A stretch of 64,000 nucleotides of DNA, from assembly GCF_964204645.1 (NCBI RefSeq), contig NC_134030.1, positions 10,561,947 through 10,625,946 of the forward strand, read 5' to 3'. This document shows, piece by piece, positions 56,509-64,000 of the stretch. Every line of letters begins with the position of its first letter. The stretch's first letter is position 1. This stretch comes from Tubulanus polymorphus. Taxonomy: Eukaryota; Animalia; Nemertea. Under the pieces are notes generated by a model. The model had not been told where the DNA came from and ran no database searches. It was given only the letters and a program-made list of their open reading frames with translations. A program made the translations under genes and the position numbers.

Positions 56509-57008
56509 GGGGCTGTTCAAAAATTACGTAACGCGTCAGGGGGTGGGGGTCTAACACATCTTGTTACAGCTTGTTACAGGGGGAGGGGGTGTGAGGACAT
56601 CTGTTACATAACAAAACACATGGAAATCTCAGAAGAATGAAATTCTTCATAATACCCTTTGAACTATAGAATATGCTTGAAACAATAGCTGAACTATATT
56701 GAACTTAAACTTTCTGACAATAACTTATTTACAACAACACTAAGAGTCTTGACCACTGATGGCAACATGAACTTTAAACATTTGAATCTAATCCTCATCT
56801 TCCCATTGAGGTAATCCATCATTAATCGCGTACAGGGGTGTTCCTGCTTCGACTCGTACTGGTTGGAGCTCCTATATGGGGCGGGGGGTATTTCATCTCG
56901 TTACATGATATTTAGGGGGTGTGACAACATTTGTTACAAGCTGTTACAAGGGGGGAGGGGATGTCTAAATTTCCCCAAAAATATGTTACGTACTTTTTGA
57001 ACAGCCCC
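56509..57008. mobile_element. 500-bp PIF/Harbinger-like MITE with 3-bp target duplication (ATA)
   Basis: ata|ggggctgttcaaaaattacgtaac ... gttacgtactttttgaacagcccc|ata; subterminal ttgttaca repeats. Confidence 0.85.
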
Positions 57009-57954
57009 ATAGAACAAATCGGAAACCAACCGTACGTTTAATGATATCATTTCTCAACCACGAAAGCAACAAAAATGCAGTCACCAACCTCAGGTGATAC
57101 GACAGTGATTTTTAGTCTAATATCCATCCGCTTGTTTTATTTTTTCAAGAATATCCCATCTGCCAATACGCCCATCATCGACAACAAACTGGCCTCGCGG
57201 CGGGCGCCTTGGCGGAGATTTCAAATAAAAAGCCACGGCCACCGAAGCATAAAAGCGTAATTCAGTTGGATTTGAAGATTATTTGTATTCGATATTTTGA
57301 GATCGGAGAAAATTTCAGTTTTGTAACAGCTGTTTTTGTCTCTGTGCGCGCGCTTACCTGCGGGGCGCTCAAAACAGCGGAGACGTCGAAGAAAATTGAT
57401 ATTGGTGTCGTGGCAAAGATTGATACGACGCGATGATACCGTTCTCCGGCCACGCGAATTAACGGCGACGAAGTATACCCTTAGGACCAACGATAAACGG
57501 AGGATACTAAAACCTTCTCGTGGTACCTCGGTGCTGAATTGGCGTACCCGCAGTGCTACCGTGGCAATCGAGGATTCCACTTATGGCAGGCAAGGATCCA
57601 CAATGTTCGCTAGTGGTTACTCAGTTATCGCGCTTCAATTTCCTCCACATTTCAATTAAATTCGAATCAACTTTTCTCAATAATAAATAAATTTCCAGTA
57701 AAACCATGCCATACACGCATTTGGAACATAATTCTTATATCTATTTGATGACTTGTTTGACAACATATCCATTTTGAAAGTCCGGTTCAAGGTCCATTGA
57801 AAATGAACCAATTTTCACCATATTTTACGTATAACTGAGTGTATTATTAAGTTTATCCGTTCCCATTTTATGGTTGTAGGGTTAGTGAAAAACCCTTTGA
57901 ATGGCTGGTCGGTTTCGTTCTTCAGTTTCAGTTTAGTTTAGGCTCCGCATGTTA

Positions 57955-58720
57955 ATAACATTGCCTAGAGCACGAAAAATGCAACAAATTACATGTACGT
58001 ACATACATAACAATATTGAACAATATCATTCTGTCATACAGTTGCAATGTCAGATCTAGGTCTAATGAATGTTCACTTGACTTTTTTATACAAAAACCAC
58101 CGTTTTCATAGCTTGTTTTGGAAGAGTCTAACGACCTTGGGTGAACGATCCAGTGTATGAAAACACCCAGGAACTTGAACTTATCAACTATTTTGATAAG
58201 TTCCTCGGCTGAGCCCCTCGGGCGAATCACTTAATAGAACCTGGTCGTCTACATACAAGAGAAATAAAATTTTGAACCGAGGCACATTGTTATGTTCGAA
58301 AAAAAATCTATAGAACTATTTTGTTCTTGTAAACAGCTGGTCATTCAAAAAGATAATTTAAAGATTGAAAATAATATAGGAGACAGCCTTTCTCCCTGTC
58401 TAACGCCCAAAAAGCCATCGAAAAAAACCTGACATCGTATAATCAGAAAAAAACGCATGATTTGATTCCTCGGTATATATTATGTATATCATTAAGGACG
58501 TTGGCGGTTACTCCACTGTTTATCAATTTGTGCCTCAAAGCCTTTCATCGGATTCTTTTTGAAGTCAAACTGAATTATACAGACTGTGAACTTTTTAATC
58601 TGTGTTCATTTTTAAGTGAAATATATGTTGCCACGGTGGAGCTTCTTCTCCATCAAGAACATTAACCTTCCACCCGGTTTGATTTTGTGTTCAGATAACC
58701 GCAGTGAATATTAAATCAAC
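57955..58720 (-). mobile_element. Decayed non-LTR retrotransposon (LINE) reverse-transcriptase fragment
   Basis: Minus-strand peptides across frameshifts: HKLINSGVTANVLNDIHNIYRGIKSCV, GVRQGERLSPILFS, KILFLLYVDDQVLLSDSPEGL (YADD-type motif), IVDKFKFLGV. Confidence 0.85.
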
Positions 58721-60351
58721 TTATTAAACACAAAAAAGATTGAGTCGACTAACGACGATCTCCTTATAGCATCCAAAGACTGAATAGCAATATCGGACAA
58801 ACGCTGTGCTATCTGAAACACGGCGGATTTGACCCGTAGTTTGCACCTGGTATTTTCACCTCTCAGCGGCTGATCGTGGAAGATGTCATCATCTAAACAT
58901 AACACTAATAGGAAATCGTTCGACCCGCAATTCTGCGCTATTAGACGCAACCGAACCGGGGTCATTTGCTCCATTGAAATCTATTGTATGGTTTCCATTC
59001 CATTAGCGATGATGGCAATTCGATTGGTACGACGTGACATCCTAAACTTCATAGCATTCTAGTCGGTCGATTTTGTCTTTCCCGCGAATGCTAAAATTGA
59101 TTAAAAAGTTTCAAAAATGAGAAAAAAATTCGACGTTGTTTCTAACTTTTGCGAGCACGATTATAGATTTGAATCTAGTTTCGGATTTTCTTTCCAACGG
59201 TAATCCAGATTTTTCTCATTTATTCGGCTACGCATTATTCCGCTTCAGCCTAGTGAACATATCGCATGAAAAATGTTCTTTTATATTCTGAAATTTATAA
59301 CCTAACTTTGATTGCTCCGATATGCTGAGTCTGGTAGAGCAAAACCCGAAAAATCAAGCTCAATGATTTTAAGATATCTGAGGCTGATGCAATTATAGGA
59401 ATCTTAACGTATTCCAATTCATTTCGTTTCATACAAAACGACGATCCCAAGATTAGAGAAAAAAACCTTTCGCGTAAATGATCCTGAGAATTTGGATTTG
59501 ATTATTTTCACCGGATATCATATCAAATCTAATCTCATCTCAGCTCGTTCAATAGGCGGATAATGAAAGTCAATTGATCGGCCTTCTGACATGACAATCG
59601 CGTGTCTGCGCGTTTCCCGTTTTACCGGTAAACCGTAATTGTGTGACGAGGGCTAATCAAAAATGCGATATCGACGAATCGTTTTCACTCGCGGAAATCT
59701 AATTTCAACGAAATAATCTTAACGATTCATCTTCTCCGTCGTGGACGACGAACAGAGCGATCTACGTGATGATGTTGTTCCGTGCGGCGCATGTATTTGA
59801 CGGATTGTTTCAGTGAACTATAGGTCTATAATCGCGTGAACCGGCCTGACTCTGTGTATCTGTATATAAATCGAAAGGCATTTTTGAGCGAGAGTGATTT
59901 CGTGATTAAATTTCCAGCGACAGGTCGATACGCTTTTGAATAATCTGTTTGTTGAATTATACTACCTGCTACAACCATGGGAGAAAACTTCGAATAGCTT
60001 TTACAACATGACCATTCATAGGGCGTCCCAAGAAAATGATTTGATTAGTTGCGTAATTAAATTCTTCGAGAATGAAGCCATTGGATTCTTATTATTGAAT
60101 TGATTTTATTGGATTCTTAACCTTTCATGGAAATTCACTGATGCATGAAGGACACAGATCCAGACATCAAAGAAACGACAAATATATGATTTTACCAACG
60201 CGGACTTACGGAAAACCATACGTTAAACCCAAATTTAACGATCCTATTCTTAATCTCAAGAACTTGTTTATTGCACTATTTCTTACTGAAAAACAATGAC
60301 CGGTCCTTTGCAATCACTTTAAGTCGAATTTCCATTGCTACCTTTAATGTA

Positions 60352-60507
60352 CCGGTGTCATAGAATCACACGCCTCCCCTTATCCATGCCCCCTTACGAT
60401 ATATACCCCGGATTAAAGATTTAGTGCCACGAATTTCCAATTAATCCGTCAATCTATTGTTGGGGGCATCTGACATCGGGAGGGGGCATCTGATTCTATG
60501 ACACCAG
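60352..60507. mobile_element. MITE
   Basis: TIRs ggtgtcatagaatcacacgcctccc / ggggcatctgattctatgacacc. Confidence 0.65.
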
Positions 60508-63500
60508 CCTTTAGTAACCAAATCAACCATAGCCATTGCCTCACAATATCCAGTGCTTATTCACTGAAATGCCATTACTATCCGATATCTTTTTGGAAAG
60601 AATTTGAAAGGAAAGTTGATCAAGCCGATGTATGATTTGTTGGTAAGTTTCGAAGATTACAAATAAAATACTGAAGTCATGTTAGAAATGAAAAGTTAAG
60701 CTATTGATTTCTACTAATTTATTATATCATATCATGACTTATATTTCCTTTCTCCCTAACAGCGGGGTTAGGCTATTTGGTGATTAGTCCTAAAAGATGA
60801 GGTGCCTTTAAGAAACTGAATCCTTGTAAATCGATTTGAGTGACACGCTTACGGCGCTCGTTTTAGTGGACCCGGTTTAGTTACATTAATCAATTCGTTT
60901 ATGGACACACACGGTCTTGTAAATCGATTCATCAAGCTAAATCCAACCTGGCGTCTTCTTCAACCACGGGCTCAAGACATGCGTCGCAGACCATCATCTA
61001 TCGATAATTCTGTTACTACTATCAGGTCCGCGGGGAACCGGGCCAATAATTTTGCCGATTATAATTTTTTTCATGAAGGTTATTTAGAAACCTCTTCTGG
61101 GCGTGTTCTTATTTCCAGAAAATATTTTTGATCGACTTAAACAGCGTCTAAATCAACATGATCCGTAACAATTATAAACAAAGTGACTCAATCAACCTGA
61201 ATCATGATACCGGGAAACTTCTCAAATAGCTCCATACATTTGAAATACAACCATTTAAAATAATTTTTCTGGTGGGGGGGGGGGGGGAAGTAGTACCCTG
61301 AACCCCTTGAAAAAACAGACGCAAATTTGTCGCGTGGTCGACACCTCGCGCCGTGAATGTCCACTCGCTTCCACCGGCTTTGACAACGCCCATTTTCTTT
61401 TCGAGTCACGACCTTAAATTAATGAAATGATTCGACTCATTTACGAAAAAACGATAAGATTAACTAATCCTTTTTGGTTTCCGACATCGAATCGGATTTA
61501 TCTAAACCGAATCAGATCCAATTTTGTAAAAACGCAGGCTGCCTCTCCGCATGATGGCGCCGCCAAACAATATTCAAACCACGTGCCACAAATAGGAGCG
61601 CTCCGTTCAAAGACATCTTCGGAAACTTCTTATAACCGGATATTTTCACATAACACGTTGACCTAGTGGCGCCACTCACACCGCATCAGCTACGAATCCC
61701 GACGGTTCAATGTTCAATAAATCATAATTCTCTTGATTGATCATTTCGAATGAGTATACCGCAACTGTGTAAAAACTCATTTTCGCTGCTAATTTTTTTC
61801 CAATTGTATTTCGAATTGAACAATATTTCAGCCTCGTCCGCCTTAGACGTTATCGAATCATTTTGTCGACACAAATTCCCAGGGGCAGATCCAGAGGTCC
61901 ATCAAATTTTTTGAGTGCACTTTTTCATTCGTCAAAAAGATAGTTAGTGCATTTGCAGTGCGGGAGTCCTTTTTGGACATGAAAGTGCCCTTTTGGTACT
62001 TGACTTTAGTACTTGAGTTCTTCGAAATTAGCCCGTCTGTCCGAGAGTACACCTGATATTGCCCTTTTGGACATCAAATTGCCCTTTTGGGATGTGAAAA
62101 GTCCTTCAAAATTGGCCATTGGATCCAAACCCTGATTCCAGTTTCTCAAGCAAACGCAGAAGAGCCGCGTGACGTAAACGATTAAGCGTCGATGAATTAA
62201 ATTGATTAATTTGTGATTTTTAAACTGACGGTTTAAATCGATCGTAGGAAGTTGGGCATGATCGTGTTTTCCTGTTTTGAAATGTCAGCTCGCGGGCCTC
62301 GCTTCGCACGCGTTTCGTTGTAGCCGGTAGTCGAGCGAGCAGGTGCAGTAACGTCGTTCGTCGCTGCAACGCTCGCACAAAATTTGCAGATAATTCTGAT
62401 GAAGATAGCCCGATCACCTGTCCACGCACCTAGCACGCAATCGGCTGTTAAATACTATCATACGCAAAGCGAATCGACTGCGACTGATTAAATTCGCGAC
62501 TCCGCGCGCCGGAAGTCGCTCGAACGCGACGCCACGTGCTCGTGCAGTAATCACATGACCTTCTTGCGAGATTTGACGCATGGCGCGTGGAAGCAGGTGA
62601 AACCAGTAAAGTGTTACTCTTTTGTCTTCAGTTCGACGATCGCATTTTTACACATTATTTTGTGTAATTAGATTTTAGTTGATTGGATTTTTGCAGCTGT
62701 TTTGACTAAACTACACGCCGTTTCTCTAAACGGATTGCACAGAAATGAATAGTCTCTGTAGTAGTCTTCTTTATTCAAGGCGAAGACCTGATTATTTACA
62801 TCGGAAATTGTTTGATTAATCGATGCAGACGGCATGTTTAAATCTGTTTATTGATTGATATATGTAAAACTATAATGCGATCAAGGATAATAGGTACGGA
62901 TATGGAGCACACTCTGAAACACAGTACCCAATCTCCCGCCGCCATAAAAGAAAGGCGTGAATAAATTTTTGAATCTATTGATTCAGTAGCTAAAAACGAT
63001 TTTAGTAACTTTTCTCTAATTAACTTCTTACACAATGACAGAGAGCATGAGTTATAAAAAGGCGATTAAAGTATCTACCTGCGTTACCCGGTTGGCCAGG
63101 GTGGTGTAAAAACACCCGGTGGGTAAAAGGTGCATTATACTTGCATTAAAATTTTTCAAGAGGAATCTGAAAACTTAGTTCTTTTTTAAAGTTTTTATAA
63201 CTGCAATTAATCTTGATCACCGGTAAATGTTGACTTAATATTGAATCTCCAAGTACTTTTTAAGGGATAGCTAGAAAATGTACAACACGAAAATGCACAA
63301 CATGGTGGTTGACCAACAAGAATCATTAGCCACTTTTGGAATATGACAGAAAAGACATGGGTGGAAGTTGTGCGGCATTGAAAATGATGGAAAAGATCAG
63401 TCGGAATTTGGTAGAAAAATCCACTATTGGAAAATAATAGAAAATGCATCACATGAAAGTGTACAACACGGAAAATAACCTACATGAATTTGAAAGAGAA

Positions 63501-63536
63501 ATCCACTGCCAGAAAATAGCAGAAAAAGCAAAATGG

Positions 63537-63594
63537 GAAAATGCACAACATGGAAAATGATAGAATTCTATCATTTTCCATGTTGTGCATTTTC
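63537..63594. repeat. Perfect 58-bp spacerless palindrome within a repeat of 'gaaaatg.acaaca.gg' units (about 63270-63670)
   Basis: gaaaatgcacaacatggaaaatgatagaa|ttctatcattttccatgttgtgcattttc. Confidence 0.9.
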
Positions 63595-63856
63595 TGATTC
63601 TATTAACTAATTATTGTTGGTCATTCGCCGTGTTGTACATATTCATGTTGTATATTTTCTGCCCCATTTAGGGGAATGCATTTCAACATGAAATTGATAG
63701 AATAGCCTTCTTTTTGAATGTTGTTTCCAGGAACCAGACACAGGCACTTGAATATGGGCTTTGACCTTGTTGGTGCGGTAAAAATGATTAAATTTACCGT
63801 AATCTACGATGAAAACACCAACAGGGTTGCCATCTTAATTATCCATGATGCAACTG

Positions 63857-63956
63857 TTTTACCCATGATCCAATGCGCATCCCTCGTCTAACTATACTAT
63901 ACAGAGTATAGTACAGTATAGTTAAACGACGGGCGCGCGTTGCATTATGGGTAAAA
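63857..63956. mobile_element. 100-bp palindromic MITE
   Basis: ttttacccatgatccaatgcgc...gcgcgttgcattatgggtaaaa. Confidence 0.7.
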
Positions 63957-64000
63957 TATTATAAAACATGGCGGATTATCGAAGTAGGAACAACGTATCG

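Overview
This is eukaryotic (animal) genomic DNA with spliceosomal introns, AT-rich overall but with many CpG-rich blocks. The gene content suggests a marine invertebrate, probably a lophotrochozoan; that assignment is inference only. Three spliced + strand genes could be rebuilt by hand with consistent intron phases. (1) The 3' end of an astacin-MAM metalloprotease (5 exons, 302-2272), with Leu in place of the Met-turn Met and a probable GC-AG intron. (2) A complete 13-exon, about 506-aa secreted CAP/SCP-EGF-4xShK protein (4996-12023). (3) The homeobox gene Mnx/Hb9 (3 exons, 26405-45128, about 374 aa), lying in a gene-poor region of about 50 kb rich in CpG and TAAT clusters. An intronless 315-aa ORF of unknown family (12332-13279) starts about 300 bp after the CAP-ShK stop. 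The rest is mostly non-autonomous DNA transposons (Harbinger-, hAT-, Kolobok- and piggyBac-like MITEs, a 1.76-kb long-TIR element), a decayed LINE reverse transcriptase, hammerhead-like remnants and simple repeats. No CRISPR array, rRNA or intact tRNA was seen.
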